A DNA stretch of 64,000 bases from Pseudolabrys sp. (GTDB lineage Bacteria; Pseudomonadota; Alphaproteobacteria; Rhizobiales; Xanthobacteraceae): NCBI GenBank assembly GCA_022843325.1, contig JALHNV010000008.1, positions 5,665-69,664 of the forward strand, given 5' to 3'. Within the stretch, counting starts at the first letter, position 1. Every line of letters starts with the position of its first letter. Below the pieces are notes generated by a model, which did no database searches, was not told the origin of the DNA, and saw only the letters and a list, made by a program, of their open reading frames with translations. Below are positions 48,345-58,821 of the stretch, piece after piece. The position numbers and the translations under genes were made by a program.

Positions 48345-48905
48345 ATGCCAAGCCAGACCATCGCACAGGCGCACGGCTGTGCCTGTTGCGGCGACGTATT
48401 GCGCGCGCGCTTTGACCGGCGGCGCGTCCTCCACCTCGGTGCCGGCGCCGGACTGATGGCGGCTTTCCCGTCGCTCGCTCTCGGTGCCGAGGGAAATTAC
48501 GATGCCATGCTGCTCACTTGCATCGATCCCCGGTTTCCGCTGCCGACCCTGGAATACATGAAGGGCCGCGGCATGCTCGGCAAATACAGTCAGTTCTCGA
48601 TTGCCGGCGCGGCCATCGGCGTGGTCGCGCCGGCGTTCAAGGACTGGGCGCCGGCGTTCTGGGACAATCTCGGCGCCTCGATTCAGTTGCACCGCATTCC
48701 CAAGGTGATCGCTATCAACCACCGCGACTGCGGCGCCGCCAGGATCGCCTATGGTGCCGACGCGGTGAAGGACAATGCCGCAGAGACCGAAACGCACAAG
48801 GCGTCGCTGATGCTGCTCCGCCAGCAGATGGCGCAGCGCCAGCCAAAGCTTCAGGTCGAGACCGGATTGATGGCGATCGATGGCAAGGTGGAAGTGTTCG
48901 GCTGA
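48345..48905 (+). CDS. Beta-carbonic-anhydrase-like protein with putative Tat signal
   Basis: CIDPR and HRDCGAA Zn-ligand motifs; DRRRVL plus hydrophobic stretch. Confidence 0.72.
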   Translation: MPSQTIAQAHGCACCGDVLRARFDRRRVLHLGAGAGLMAAFPSLALGAEGNYDAMLLTCIDPRFPLPTLEYMKGRGMLGKYSQFSIAGAAIGVVAPAFKDWAPAFWDNLGASIQLHRIPKVIAINHRDCGAARIAYGADAVKDNAAETETHKASLMLLRQQMAQRQPKLQVETGLMAIDGKVEVFG

Positions 48906-48923
48906 ACTGCACGAGTTACGTTT

Positions 48924-49009
48924 GTCGTCACCGGGCTTGTCCCGGTGACCCCGCTTGGGAGGGCAGTGCGCCCCCGAGCGGGATGGCCGGGTCGAGCCCG
49001 GCCATGACA
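48924..49009. repeat. REP-like element (family A variant) between convergent genes
   Basis: GTCACCGGGCTTGTCCCGGTGAC...GATGGCCGGGTCGAGCCCGGCCATGAC. Confidence 0.82.
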
Positions 49010-49019
49010 CGCCAATTTG

Positions 49020-50657
49020 CTACGCGCTCCTTGCCAGCGCGCCGTCGATCATGTCGACGGTGTTCTGCAAGCCATAGACCGCGACGAAGGAGCCGAAGCG
49101 CGGGCCCTTCTCCTGGCCGAGCAGGACCTGGTACAGCATGTTGAACCAGTCGAGCGACACGCCCGGCTTGCCGTCCTTGGCCTTCTTCTTCTCGTCGAGG
49201 AACGGCTCACGGCGGCCGATCTCGTAGACCACGTCCTGGATCGCTTCCGCGGTCGCATCCGCCGGCATCTGTCCGAGCGCATCGCGCAGATCGGTCAGCG
49301 CCGCGCGCTCGGCCTCGGTCGGCTGCCGGAACTTCTTCGTCGGCATCACGAAGTCGCGGAAATAGTGGATGGCGTATTCGACCTGCGCATTCAGCTTCGG
49401 ATGCGTCTGCGGCGTCACGCCGGGCCGGTAGCGGCCGATGAAGCCCCACAGCGTCTCGGCATTCTCCGCATTCGATGACGACACCAGCGTCAGCAGCATC
49501 GAGAACGTCACCGGCATCTCGACCTGCGGCGGCGCGCCGGAATGAATGTGCCAGACCGGGTTCGACAGTTGCTGCTTGCCGTCCTGCCGCTTGTAGCCGT
49601 CGAGATGCTGCTGGTACTCGTCGACGGTGCGCGGGATCACGTCGAAATACAGACGCTTGGCCGCCTTCGGCTCGCGGTACATGAACAGCGACAGGCTCTC
49701 CGGCGCGGCATAGCGCAGCCATTCGTCGATGGTCAGCCCGTTGCCCTTCGACTTTGAAATCTTCTGGCCGTTCTCGTCGAGGAACAGCTCGTAATTGAAG
49801 CCTTCCGGCGCGGTGCCGCCGAGCGCGCGGCAGATCTCACCCGACAACTTGACCGAGTCGATCAGGTCCTTGCCGGCCATTTCGTAATCGACGCCGAGCG
49901 CCACCCAGCGCATCGCCCAGTCCGGCTTCCACTGCAGCTTGCAGCGGCCGCCGGTGACCGGCACCGTGAAACGTTCCTGCGTCTCCGGCTCTTCATAGGT
50001 AATGGTGCCGCGCTTGGCGTCATGCGCCACAATCGGCACCTGCAGCACCACGCCGCTGCGCAAATCGATCGGCAGAAACGGCGAATAGGTCGCGGCGCGC
50101 TCCTCGCGCAGCGACGGCAACATGATGGCCATCACCTTGTCGAGCCGCTCCAGGACCGTGAGCAGCGTCGCGTCGAAGCGACCGGACTTGTAGCAGTCGG
50201 TCGAGGACATGAATTCGTAGTCAAAGCCGAAATGGTCGAGGAAGGCGCGCAGGCGCGCATTGTTGTGCTCGCCGAAGCTCGGATGGGTGCCAAACGGGTC
50301 CGGCACCTTGGTCAGCGGCTTGCCGAGATGCTGCGTCAGCATCTCCTTGTTCGGCACGTTGTCCGGCACCTTGCGCAGGCCGTCCATGTCGTCGGAGAAG
50401 GCGATCAGCCGGGTCTTGATCTTGTCGTCGGTCAGCGTGCGGAAGGCGTGGCGCACCATGGTGGTGCGCGCGACCTCGCCGAAGGTCCCGATATGCGGCA
50501 GGCCGGACGGGCCGTAGCCGGTCTCGAAGATGACTTCGTCCTTGGGGTGCTTCTTCAGCCGGGCGACGATCTTGCGCGCCTCCTCGAAAGGCCAGGCATT
50601 TGACTGCTCGGCCAGTGACCGCAGATCCGGCACGCTTTCAACAGTAGGCATCGACAT
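49020..50657 (-). CDS. lysS: Lysine--tRNA ligase, class I
   Basis: [13 protein letters not shown] (HIGH-like), [17 protein letters not shown] (KMSKS-like). Confidence 0.95.
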   Translation of the reverse strand: MSMPTVESVPDLRSLAEQSNAWPFEEARKIVARLKKHPKDEVIFETGYGPSGLPHIGTFGEVARTTMVRHAFRTLTDDKIKTRLIAFSDDMDGLRKVPDNVPNKEMLTQHLGKPLTKVPDPFGTHPSFGEHNNARLRAFLDHFGFDYEFMSSTDCYKSGRFDATLLTVLERLDKVMAIMLPSLREERAATYSPFLPIDLRSGVVLQVPIVAHDAKRGTITYEEPETQERFTVPVTGGRCKLQWKPDWAMRWVALGVDYEMAGKDLIDSVKLSGEICRALGGTAPEGFNYELFLDENGQKISKSKGNGLTIDEWLRYAAPESLSLFMYREPKAAKRLYFDVIPRTVDEYQQHLDGYKRQDGKQQLSNPVWHIHSGAPPQVEMPVTFSMLLTLVSSSNAENAETLWGFIGRYRPGVTPQTHPKLNAQVEYAIHYFRDFVMPTKKFRQPTEAERAALTDLRDALGQMPADATAEAIQDVVYEIGRREPFLDEKKKAKDGKPGVSLDWFNMLYQVLLGQEKGPRFGSFVAVYGLQNTVDMIDGALARSA

Positions 50658-50735
50658 CGTGAGACTCCGGGCGCACACATAAGGAAACCGCCCCACCCCG
50701 TCAAATCCGAACGTTGCCGAAGGAAAAGCGCGCCC

Positions 50736-51992
50736 GTGCCCGATTCAAGCGATATACGCCTGCCCGCGACCCGCACCGTTGCCGTCATCGGCGGCGGCCC
50801 GGCCGGCCTGATGGCGGCGGAAGTGCTGGCGCGGGCCGGCGCGACGGTGACGGTTTACGACCGGATGCCCTCGCTCGGCCGCAAGTTTCTGCTGGCCGGC
50901 CGCGGCGGCCTCAATCTAACCCACAGCGAGGACCTCAAGCCGTTTCTCGGCCGCTATGGCGACGACATCGATCCGAAACTGCGCGCCGCGATCGAAGCCT
51001 ATCCGCCGCAGGCCTTGCGCGCCTGGAGCGACAGCCTTGGTCAGGAGACCTTCATCGGCTCCAGCGGCCGGGTGTTTCCGGTCGCGCTGAAGACCTCGCC
51101 GCTGCTGCGGACCTGGCTGCTGCGGCTCGGCAATCTCGGCGTCACCGTCAAGCTGCGCCATCGCTGGGACGGCTGGGACGACGAAGGCCGGCTGCGCTTT
51201 GCCGGGCCCGATGGCGAACAGGTCGTGGCGCCCGATGCGACCGTGCTGGCGCTTGGCGGCGCCAGCTGGCCGCGGCTCGGCTCCGATGGCGCCTGGGTCG
51301 AGACGCTGGCCGCGCACGGCGTGAAGGTGACGCCGCTGCAGCCGGCCAATTGCGGCTTCACCGCCGCCTGGTCCGAGGTCTTCCGGAAATTTGAAGGCCA
51401 GCCGCTGAAACGCATCGCCGTCGCACTGGCCAGCCGCAGCGTGCGCGGCGAAGCCGTCGTCACCCGCGACGGGCTCGAAGGCGGCGCCATCTATGCGCTG
51501 TCGTCGGCGATCCGCGACGCCATCCTGCGCAACGGCAAGGCCACGATCATGGTCGATCTGCTGCCGGACGTGAGCGTGACGAAGTTGCGCGAACGCCTGT
51601 CGGGCGCGCGCGGCAAGCAGTCGCTGTCGAACTTCCTGCGCAAAGCGACGCATCTGTCGCCGGTGGCGCTCGGGCTGGTGCGCGAGGCGGCCTTGCCGGC
51701 CGGCCGTTCGCTGTCGACCATGGACGCCAAGGATCTGGCCGGTCTGATCAAGGCGGTGCCGGTGACTCTCACCGGCGTGCAGCCGATCGCCACCGCCATT
51801 TCGACTGCCGGCGGCGTCAGCTTTGACGAACTCAATGCGCAGCTCATGCTGCGGCGGCGGCCGGGCCTGTTCATCGCCGGCGAAATGCTGGATTGGGACG
51901 CGCCGACCGGCGGCTATCTGTTGCAGGCCTCGTTCGCCACCGGCGCCGCTGCCGGGCACGGCGCCGCAGCCTGGCTGTCGAAGCGGCGCTAG
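50736..51992 (+). CDS. HI0933/BaiN-like flavoprotein (TIGR03862 type)
   Basis: [42 protein letters not shown]. Confidence 0.88.
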   Translation: MPDSSDIRLPATRTVAVIGGGPAGLMAAEVLARAGATVTVYDRMPSLGRKFLLAGRGGLNLTHSEDLKPFLGRYGDDIDPKLRAAIEAYPPQALRAWSDSLGQETFIGSSGRVFPVALKTSPLLRTWLLRLGNLGVTVKLRHRWDGWDDEGRLRFAGPDGEQVVAPDATVLALGGASWPRLGSDGAWVETLAAHGVKVTPLQPANCGFTAAWSEVFRKFEGQPLKRIAVALASRSVRGEAVVTRDGLEGGAIYALSSAIRDAILRNGKATIMVDLLPDVSVTKLRERLSGARGKQSLSNFLRKATHLSPVALGLVREAALPAGRSLSTMDAKDLAGLIKAVPVTLTGVQPIATAISTAGGVSFDELNAQLMLRRRPGLFIAGEMLDWDAPTGGYLLQASFATGAAAGHGAAAWLSKRR

Positions 51993-51995
51993 GCC

Positions 51996-52032
51996 AAAAC
52001 AAAGAAGGGCCGCCCACACGGGGCAGCCCTTC
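51996..52032 (-). terminator. Intrinsic terminator of a minus-strand small transcript
   Basis: Minus strand GAAGGGCTGCCC-cgtgt-GGGCGGCCCTTC followed by TTTGTTTT. Confidence 0.75.
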
Positions 52033-52071
52033 CATTGTCGAACCGCAGTCCGTGGACCGGACTGAAATGGC

Positions 52072-52149
52072 TTACGCCACGCTAAGTCCCACCGAGGCGA
52101 GAACCCAGGTCACGGATGCCGACGGCTGCGGCGATAGACAATGAGACAC
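52072..52149 (-). CDS. 25-aa small ORF (fM-SHCLSPQPSASVTWVLASVGLSVA) with an extreme Shine-Dalgarno
   Basis: GTG preceded by AGAAAGGAGGTGATCCA; GGAGG is 7 nt from the start; terminator downstream. Confidence 0.6.
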   Translation of the reverse strand: MSHCLSPQPSASVTWVLASVGLSVA

Positions 52150-52244
52150 TGGATCACCTCCTTTCTGAATGTTGACGACACAATCAAGGTAAGGTGTTCG
52201 CCGCGATTTGGAAGTGGCAAATTGCGGCAGGCGCACCGGAATTT

Positions 52245-53195
52245 TCAGAACGGGCTGACCGGAAAATAGCGCAGCCAGAGATCGGTAAAGCGGCCTTTTT
52301 CCCACAGCCGGAACAGCGCCCAGTTGAACGCCTGCCGCATCAGGTTATTGCCGCGCTTGACGGCGATGCCGACGCCCTCGCCGAAGTACCGGCTTTCGAT
52401 ATAGGGCCCGCCGCGGAACTCGCAGCAATTGGCCGAGTCGGTACCGTTGAGCCAGAACGCCAGCGCGATGCCGTCGCCAAACAGGAGATCGGCCTCGCCC
52501 TTTCTCAGGGCGGCGCGGGCGTCCTCGGCATTCGGGAAAGGTTTCAGCGTGGCTTCGGTGAACAGCATCTTGAGATAGGCTTCATGCGCGGTGCCGGCGA
52601 CCACCGCGACGGTGCGGCCCTCCATCGCTTCCGGCCGCACATCGTCGAAGGCGAAGTCGCGCCGCGCCACGAAGCGCGCCGGCGTGCGGTAATACGGGTC
52701 GCTGAAGTCGACCTGTTTGCGCATTTCCGCGGTCTGTGCAAACGACGCGATCACCGCGTCGCCCTGGTTGGTGTCGAGCGAACTGATCAGCGTATCGAAG
52801 CGGCGCATCTGCACCGTACAGGCGACGTTGATCTCCTCGCAGATCAGCCGCGCCAGGTCGACGTTGAACCCGGCCGGCGCGCCGTCGGGCCCGGCATAGT
52901 TGAAGGGCGGGTAATCGGTCTCGGTCAGAAAGCGGATGACGGTGATGCGCGACAGGTCCGGCCGCTCCGGGCGCCGCCGCGGATCCCAGAACCCCGGCAC
53001 CGCCAGCGGATCGGCCGACGGCCGCACCACCGGCTTGACGCTCGGCGCCGGCGGGGTGATGGCGGGCGGCGCCGGCTTGTCGGGCACCACAATCGGCGGC
53101 GGCGTCGCCGGCTTCACCGCCGGTTGCGCACCGGCCCCGGCGACCGCGAATGCGGCGAGCGCAACAGCAAGCATCACCGTCACGCCGCCGCGCAT
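52245..53195 (-). CDS. Amino-acid ABC-type substrate-binding protein (orphan)
   Basis: Signal peptide, Pro-rich linker, TETDYPPFNY, GFNVDLAR, FSDPYY; no permease nearby. Confidence 0.88.
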   Translation of the reverse strand: MRGGVTVMLAVALAAFAVAGAGAQPAVKPATPPPIVVPDKPAPPAITPPAPSVKPVVRPSADPLAVPGFWDPRRRPERPDLSRITVIRFLTETDYPPFNYAGPDGAPAGFNVDLARLICEEINVACTVQMRRFDTLISSLDTNQGDAVIASFAQTAEMRKQVDFSDPYYRTPARFVARRDFAFDDVRPEAMEGRTVAVVAGTAHEAYLKMLFTEATLKPFPNAEDARAALRKGEADLLFGDGIALAFWLNGTDSANCCEFRGGPYIESRYFGEGVGIAVKRGNNLMRQAFNWALFRLWEKGRFTDLWLRYFPVSPF

Positions 53196-53310
53196 GCCTT
53201 GACCGCCGTTACAGGACATCCGCCATCTCAAATCAGGATTCGCCCGGACCATAGCATCGCCATGGCAGCGGACCAGCCTTATTCGAAACGGCGCGCCAAA
53301 CCGTTAACGG

Positions 53311-53763
53311 CTACGCCGCGCCGGTCAGTTGCTTCTCGATCTGATGAACCGGCATCTTGACGAAATCCTTATCGACCTCGGCGCGGATGGCACTCTTGAG
53401 CGCCGGCGAATAGGCCGCGCGCAACATGCCGAGCGCGCGCGGCGGCGCCACCATGATCATGGTTTTGGTCTTGCCTTCGGTCAGCGCAACATCGAGGTAC
53501 TTGGTCAGTTCGACGAGAAAACTCCGCTCCGCCTGGTCGTGCCAGTCGGTCTGCTCGACCGCACTGCGGCCGGTGCCGACCGAACTGAAACTGCGACCGG
53601 GTGCGCCGGTGCCGAGATCGCGCGTCGCCAGATTCTCCTGCTCAAACACTTCGATGGTTTTGAGATTGGGAAACTTCAAATCGCCGGCATTCTCCAGCAC
53701 CAGCGCCTTGGCACCATCGCAGACAACAACCCATTCGCCCCTGCGGATCAAAAGATCGGACAT
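53311..53763 (-). CDS. Host attachment protein (AtsE/baeRF12-like)
   Basis: WVVVCDGAKAL, APGRSF, MVAPPRALG, DKDFVKMP; AGGAGG RBS. Confidence 0.88.
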   Translation of the reverse strand: MSDLLIRRGEWVVVCDGAKALVLENAGDLKFPNLKTIEVFEQENLATRDLGTGAPGRSFSSVGTGRSAVEQTDWHDQAERSFLVELTKYLDVALTEGKTKTMIMVAPPRALGMLRAAYSPALKSAIRAEVDKDFVKMPVHQIEKQLTGAA

Positions 53764-53826
53764 GAAATTCCTCCTGAACTGCATCAAGTCTAGAGCTGCC
53801 GCGTGGTCGCGGTTTACTCCAAATCA

Positions 53827-53851
53827 AACGCGTCAGGAAGAGATCGGTTGC
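53827..53851 (-). promoter_or_regulatory. Putative EcfG promoter for the host attachment gene
   Basis: Minus strand GCAAC-N16-CGTT, one mismatch to GGAAC-N16-CGTT. Confidence 0.5.
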
Positions 53852-53863
53852 CTCGCGGAAGCG

Positions 53864-55540
53864 CTAGTTGGTCCCGTCCAGCAACCGGCGGGCGATGACC
53901 TGGGCCTGAATTTCGGCGGCGCCCTCGAAAATGTTGAGAATGCGCGCGTCGCACAGAATACGCGAGATCGGGAATTCGAGCGCGAAGCCGTTGCCGCCGT
54001 GAATCTGCACGGCGTTGTCGGCATTGGCCCAGGCGATGCGCGCACCGAGCAGTTTGGCCATGCCGGCCTCGAGATCGCAGCGGCGGCCGGAGTCTTTTTC
54101 GCGCGCCGCATGATAGGTGAGCTGGCGCGCGATCATGATCTCCACCGCCATCATCGCGATCTTGTCGGCGACACGCGGGAATTCGATAATCGGCTTGCCG
54201 AACTGCATGCGGCTCTGCCCGTACTCGATCGCCGTTTCCATCGCCGATTGCGCCACGCCGATGGCGCGGGCGGCGGTCTGGATGCGCGCCGACTCGAACG
54301 TCTGCATCAACTGCTTGAAGCCGAGCCCCTCGACGCCGCCGAGCAGATTTTCCGCCTTGACCTCGAAGCCGTCGAAGGCGATCTCGTATTCCTTCATGCC
54401 GCGATAGCCGAGTACTTCGATCTCGGTGCCGGTCATGCCCTTGGCGGGGAACGGATTTGCGTCGTCGCCGCGCGGCTTTTCCGCCAGCAGCATCGACAGA
54501 CCGCGATGGCCAGCCTCTTTCGGATTGGTGCGAACCAGCAGCGTCATCAGGTCGGCGCGGACCGGATGGGTGATCCAGGTCTTGTTGCCATAGACTTTGT
54601 AGACGTCGCCTTCGCGTACGGCGCGCGTCTTCAGCGAGGCGAGGTCGGAACCGGTGTTGGGCTCGGTGAAAACCGCGGTCGGCAGCACCTCGCCGGACGC
54701 GAGCCTTGCCAGCCATTTTTCCTTCTGCGCGGGGGTGCCGCTGCCGAGGATCAGTTCGGCCGCGATCTCGGAACGGGTGCCGAGCGAACCGACGCCGATA
54801 TAGCCGCGCGACAGTTCTTCGGAGACGACGCACATCGACTCCTTGCCGAGCCCCATGCCGCCGAACTCTTCCGGAATGGTCAGGCCGAACACGCCGAGGT
54901 CGGACATCTGCGCGATGATGTCCATCGGGATATAGCTGTTGGTGCGGTGCCAGCTTTGGGCATGGCCGATCACCTCGCTGTCGGCGAATTTGCGCATCTC
55001 CTCGCGGATCGATTCCAGCGTCTCGTCGAGGCCGCAGGCGCCGACCGTGGCGCCGTGGCTGGCGCGCAACAGTTCAACGAGGCGGGCGCGCCGCGCCGCC
55101 GTGTTGCCATCGGCGATAAGACTCTCGACCGCGGGCGTGATGCGGGCCGCCACCTGAGCCATGGTCAGGCCCATATCGCTGGGGCGGACGATCTCGCCCT
55201 GGCTCATCGGAATGCCGCCGGCGATCTGCGCCAGGTATTCCCCGAGCCCGATCCGGACCAGCAGTTCTTCGAGCTCGCCGAAGGTCCCGGCGCGCGACAT
55301 ACGGTCCGTGTAATCGGCGAGTTGCCGCACCGCTTCCACGTAAGTGGCGAGCCAGGCCAGCCCGTGGGTCGCCCGCTGCTCGCGATCGAACAAACGGCTG
55401 ACGGCATGGCCTTCGACCACGACCCGCGTCCGCACCTTGGCCAGTGCGTCGGCCAGCAGCGCGTCAAGCGCGGCGGTCGCCTCGCGGCTCAATTCGACCA
55501 GATCTTGTTCGGCAACGGCGCGGGAGGCTGCGGTCGGCAT
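53864..55540 (-). CDS. mcd: (2S)-methylsuccinyl-CoA dehydrogenase (ethylmalonyl-CoA pathway)
   Basis: ACAD core ([19 protein letters not shown]) with the long N-terminal extension containing [12 protein letters not shown]; ccr lies 7 kb away. Confidence 0.82.
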   Translation of the reverse strand: MPTAASRAVAEQDLVELSREATAALDALLADALAKVRTRVVVEGHAVSRLFDREQRATHGLAWLATYVEAVRQLADYTDRMSRAGTFGELEELLVRIGLGEYLAQIAGGIPMSQGEIVRPSDMGLTMAQVAARITPAVESLIADGNTAARRARLVELLRASHGATVGACGLDETLESIREEMRKFADSEVIGHAQSWHRTNSYIPMDIIAQMSDLGVFGLTIPEEFGGMGLGKESMCVVSEELSRGYIGVGSLGTRSEIAAELILGSGTPAQKEKWLARLASGEVLPTAVFTEPNTGSDLASLKTRAVREGDVYKVYGNKTWITHPVRADLMTLLVRTNPKEAGHRGLSMLLAEKPRGDDANPFPAKGMTGTEIEVLGYRGMKEYEIAFDGFEVKAENLLGGVEGLGFKQLMQTFESARIQTAARAIGVAQSAMETAIEYGQSRMQFGKPIIEFPRVADKIAMMAVEIMIARQLTYHAAREKDSGRRCDLEAGMAKLLGARIAWANADNAVQIHGGNGFALEFPISRILCDARILNIFEGAAEIQAQVIARRLLDGTN

Positions 55541-55639
55541 GGGGCCCTCGATCGGACAATGCCGCAAACCTACGCGTGCACTGCACAAAAGCAAAGTGGA
55601 TATCTGGGTAAGTGTCAGTGATCGGGCAGACCTTTGCAA

Positions 55640-55658
55640 TTGCTACAAAATTAACCAT
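55640..55658 (+). promoter_or_regulatory. CtrA-like site upstream of the MCP gene
   Basis: TTGC-tacaaaa-TTAACCAT. Confidence 0.5.
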
Positions 55659-55718
55659 TTCAGTCTCTTATGGGGAGTCGCTGCGTACTGGCCCCCCGTG
55701 AAAACCCGAAACGACCGC

Positions 55719-57737
55719 ATGCGGGTTAAAAAAGAAGTCCTTAATTTCGGCGGAGCAACCCGGCTTCTGACCAGGCTGAAGGTGCGGACCCGTATCGTCG
55801 TGCTGGCGTTAATCCCGGTGTTCGGCTTTCTCGCCTTGGGGCTGACCTACCATTCCGGCGAAGGCGGCGTCAGCGGCGCCTTCGATACCGTCAAGCGTTC
55901 GTCCAGCCACGCCGACGCCAGCCGCAACTTCCAGAGTTCGGTCACCACCATGCGGATCCTGGCCAAGGACTTCGGCGCCGCGCCATCGACCGCCCTGGTG
56001 AACGACTTCAGCCTCGCGCATGGGCTGGCGCTGAACAGTCTTGATACAATCGGCGCCGGCGACAACCGTCGCATCGCCGAGAATGTCGCGACCCTGCGCG
56101 CCGACATGATCGAGTTGCGCGGCCATTTCAACGATCTGGTGGACGAGCAGAGGCTGCTCGGCTTCAACGATGAAAGCGGCTTGCGGCATAGCCTCATTAT
56201 GGCCGGCAACGCCGTCGAGCGAATCCTCAACACCAACATGAACTGGCTCTCCGAAGCGGACGCCAACAAGTTGATGATGATGCTGCTGTTGATGCGGCAT
56301 CAAGAAAGTCAGTACCGGCTGAACCGGACCGAACTGGCCAAGCTTGAATTTCTCGCTGGCTATCGGCGCTTCACCGAAGCGTTTGCGGAAATCGCGGGTG
56401 CCCCGGAAATGAAGGCTCCGCTTTATCAGCAGGTGAAAGCCTATGCCGACACCTTCGCACAATGGGTCGAGGGTTTCGACCGGGTCTACGCGCTCCGTGC
56501 AGTGATCGACATCGACACACAGCGGGTGCTGCCGCACGCCGACGAAGTCATCTATCTGGCGCGCCAGACGGCCGACGCCGCGACGGCAGCACTTGCCGTG
56601 TCGCAGGGACGCACCCGCAACGGGATCATTGCGGTGGGTCTAGCCATGGTGCTGCTGTGTGTCGGTTTCAGTTGGATGATCGGCCGCAGCATTGTCAATC
56701 CACTGATCGGACTTGGCGGTGCGATGCAGCGGCTTGCTGCTGGCGACACCAACGTCCGAATTCCGGCGACCCGGGCGCACGACGAAATCGGCGAAATGGC
56801 GCGCACCGTCATCGTGTTCCGCGACACGATGGTCGAGCGGAAGGCGCTGGCGCAGGCGGAATCAGATTCGGCGCTCGCACGCGAGCGTCGCAGCGATGCG
56901 ATCGGCAAGACGATTGCCCAGTTCAACGACTCGGCTGGCAGCGCGCTGGCGGGCTTGCGCGCCGCATCGTCGAAACTGGAGACGAGCTCGCGCGACCTCA
57001 ACACGTCGGCGGACGCGATGTCGGCTGAAGCGCTGGCAGCCGAGCGGCGCGTCGCCGCCGCGTCGGAAAACGTCACCTCGGCCGCCAGCTCGGTCGAGGA
57101 ACTGGCTGCATCGATCGGCGAAATCGCCTCGCAGGCGGAAAAATCGACCGGCGTGGCCAGCCGCGCCGTGGCGGAAGCCGAGCGCACCGTCGTCACCATG
57201 GCGGAACTGGGTCAGGCGGCGACCCGCATCGGCGAGGTCGTCAGCCTGATCCAGGCCATCGCGGGGCAGACCAATTTGCTGGCGCTTAACGCGACCATAG
57301 AGGCGGCACGGGCGGGCGACGCAGGACGCGGCTTTGCGGTGGTCGCCGCCGAAGTGAAGTCACTGGCAAGCCAGACCGCGAAAGCAACCGAAGAAATCGC
57401 CGAGCAGATCGGCTCTATCCAGAATGCCGCAGCCGATGCGGCGCAGGGCATCGAGCAAGTCAATGTCATCATCCGCGACATGTCGGCCATCGCAACCATG
57501 GTGGCGGCGACGGTCGATCAGCAAAGTTCGGCCGTCGCCGCGATCGCTGAGGGCGTGACCCTTGCCTCCGGCGAGGCGAGAGGCGGCGCCGCTGCGATGA
57601 GCAGGGTCGCCGTGGTCACGACCGCCGCCCGCGCGACTGCGGCAGACGTAGAAATTATCGCCGACACGCTCGCCGCCGAAGCCGGCCGCCTCGAAGCCGA
57701 GGTGCGGCGTTTCCTGGCGGATGTTCAGGCGGCGTAA
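55719..57737 (+). CDS. Methyl-accepting chemotaxis protein
   Basis: Two TMs, HAMP (DEIGEMAR), [31 protein letters not shown] hairpin. Start approximate. Confidence 0.93.
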   Translation: MRVKKEVLNFGGATRLLTRLKVRTRIVVLALIPVFGFLALGLTYHSGEGGVSGAFDTVKRSSSHADASRNFQSSVTTMRILAKDFGAAPSTALVNDFSLAHGLALNSLDTIGAGDNRRIAENVATLRADMIELRGHFNDLVDEQRLLGFNDESGLRHSLIMAGNAVERILNTNMNWLSEADANKLMMMLLLMRHQESQYRLNRTELAKLEFLAGYRRFTEAFAEIAGAPEMKAPLYQQVKAYADTFAQWVEGFDRVYALRAVIDIDTQRVLPHADEVIYLARQTADAATAALAVSQGRTRNGIIAVGLAMVLLCVGFSWMIGRSIVNPLIGLGGAMQRLAAGDTNVRIPATRAHDEIGEMARTVIVFRDTMVERKALAQAESDSALARERRSDAIGKTIAQFNDSAGSALAGLRAASSKLETSSRDLNTSADAMSAEALAAERRVAAASENVTSAASSVEELAASIGEIASQAEKSTGVASRAVAEAERTVVTMAELGQAATRIGEVVSLIQAIAGQTNLLALNATIEAARAGDAGRGFAVVAAEVKSLASQTAKATEEIAEQIGSIQNAAADAAQGIEQVNVIIRDMSAIATMVAATVDQQSSAVAAIAEGVTLASGEARGGAAAMSRVAVVTTAARATAADVEIIADTLAAEAGRLEAEVRRFLADVQAA

Positions 57738-57830
57738 GTTCCGTCCTTGCAACCCTTGCAAACCAGGCGGCGATAGCCGATCTCAAAGAAAGACCGGTTT
57801 TTTGGCGAAGCTGAGTTTGGGGCTAGCGCA

Positions 57831-58694
57831 TTGCGCATAATCTTTTGGTCATTGCGGATCGCGCGCGACGCGGTACGCAATTTTACCGCCGATGACGGCT
57901 GGGCCATCGCCAGCCATATCGCGCTGTCGACATTAATGGCGATGTTCCCGTTCCTGATCATTGTCACCGCGCTGGCCGGCTTTTTCTTCGGCTCGCGGGA
58001 GTTGGCCGACGAGGCGGCGCAAATCCTCCTGGAGGCTTGGCCCGAGGCCGTCGCCGGCCCGATCGCGATGGATATCGCCGGCGTTCTGACCGACCGCCGC
58101 GGCGGCGTGCTGACCTTCGGCGTCCTGTTCGCGCTTTATTTCGCGTCCAGCGGCGTCGAAAGCTTGCGCATCGGGCTGAACCGCGCCTACGGCGTGGTCG
58201 AACAGCGGCCCTGGTGGCTGCTGCGCCTGGAGTCGGTCGCCTACGTTCTGGTCGCCGCGGTGGCGATCCTGGCGTTCTCGTTTCTCGTGGTGCTGGCACC
58301 GCTGATCATCAACAAACTGGTGCACATTGTCCCGGCTCTTGAGCCGCTGAGCGAAGTCATCACCTTCGCGCGCTATGCAGTCGCCGTCATCGTCCTCGTG
58401 ATGGCCCTGCTGATCCTGCACAGTTGGCTGCCGTCGGGCCGCCGCAACTTCGTCGAAATCGCGCCCGGCATCGTCGCCACGCTGCTGCTGTGGCTGATCA
58501 GCGGCGCTGCCTTTGGCCGTTATCTGGCCTATTACGCCTTCGCCTATGTCTCGATGTATGCCGGCCTCGCCTCGGCGATGATCGCGCTGGTCTTCCTCTA
58601 TGTCTGCGCCTCAATCTTCATTTTCGGCGGCGAGTTGAACTCGGTCATCGCCAAGGACCGGGAAGCACAACAAGCGGACCAGCCTGCGGCTTAG
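57831..58694 (+). CDS. YihY/BrkB-family membrane protein
   Basis: ASHIALSTLMAMFPFL, LNRAYG, YAGLASAMIALVFLY. Confidence 0.88.
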   Translation: MRIIFWSLRIARDAVRNFTADDGWAIASHIALSTLMAMFPFLIIVTALAGFFFGSRELADEAAQILLEAWPEAVAGPIAMDIAGVLTDRRGGVLTFGVLFALYFASSGVESLRIGLNRAYGVVEQRPWWLLRLESVAYVLVAAVAILAFSFLVVLAPLIINKLVHIVPALEPLSEVITFARYAVAVIVLVMALLILHSWLPSGRRNFVEIAPGIVATLLLWLISGAAFGRYLAYYAFAYVSMYAGLASAMIALVFLYVCASIFIFGGELNSVIAKDREAQQADQPAA

Positions 58695-58821
58695 ATTCCT
58701 GGATTGTCGATACGGTATCGGGCTGCGGCAAATGGCATTCGCCAGCATCCGCGTCAGGATGTCGCGGCTCTCCGTCACAGTGGCGTTTTCTCAACCAATT
58801 GCGGCCAAAACGGAGGTCGCT

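Noticed and set aside
12026-49009. CRISPR array from recurring palindromes
   Set aside because: Copies are dispersed and variable, not regularly spaced with unique spacers; no cas genes.
52149-52166. 16S rRNA gene or fragment
   Set aside because: Only 18 nt match the 16S 3' end; the flanks do not resemble helix 45 or an ITS, and the match is positioned as an RBS on the opposite strand.
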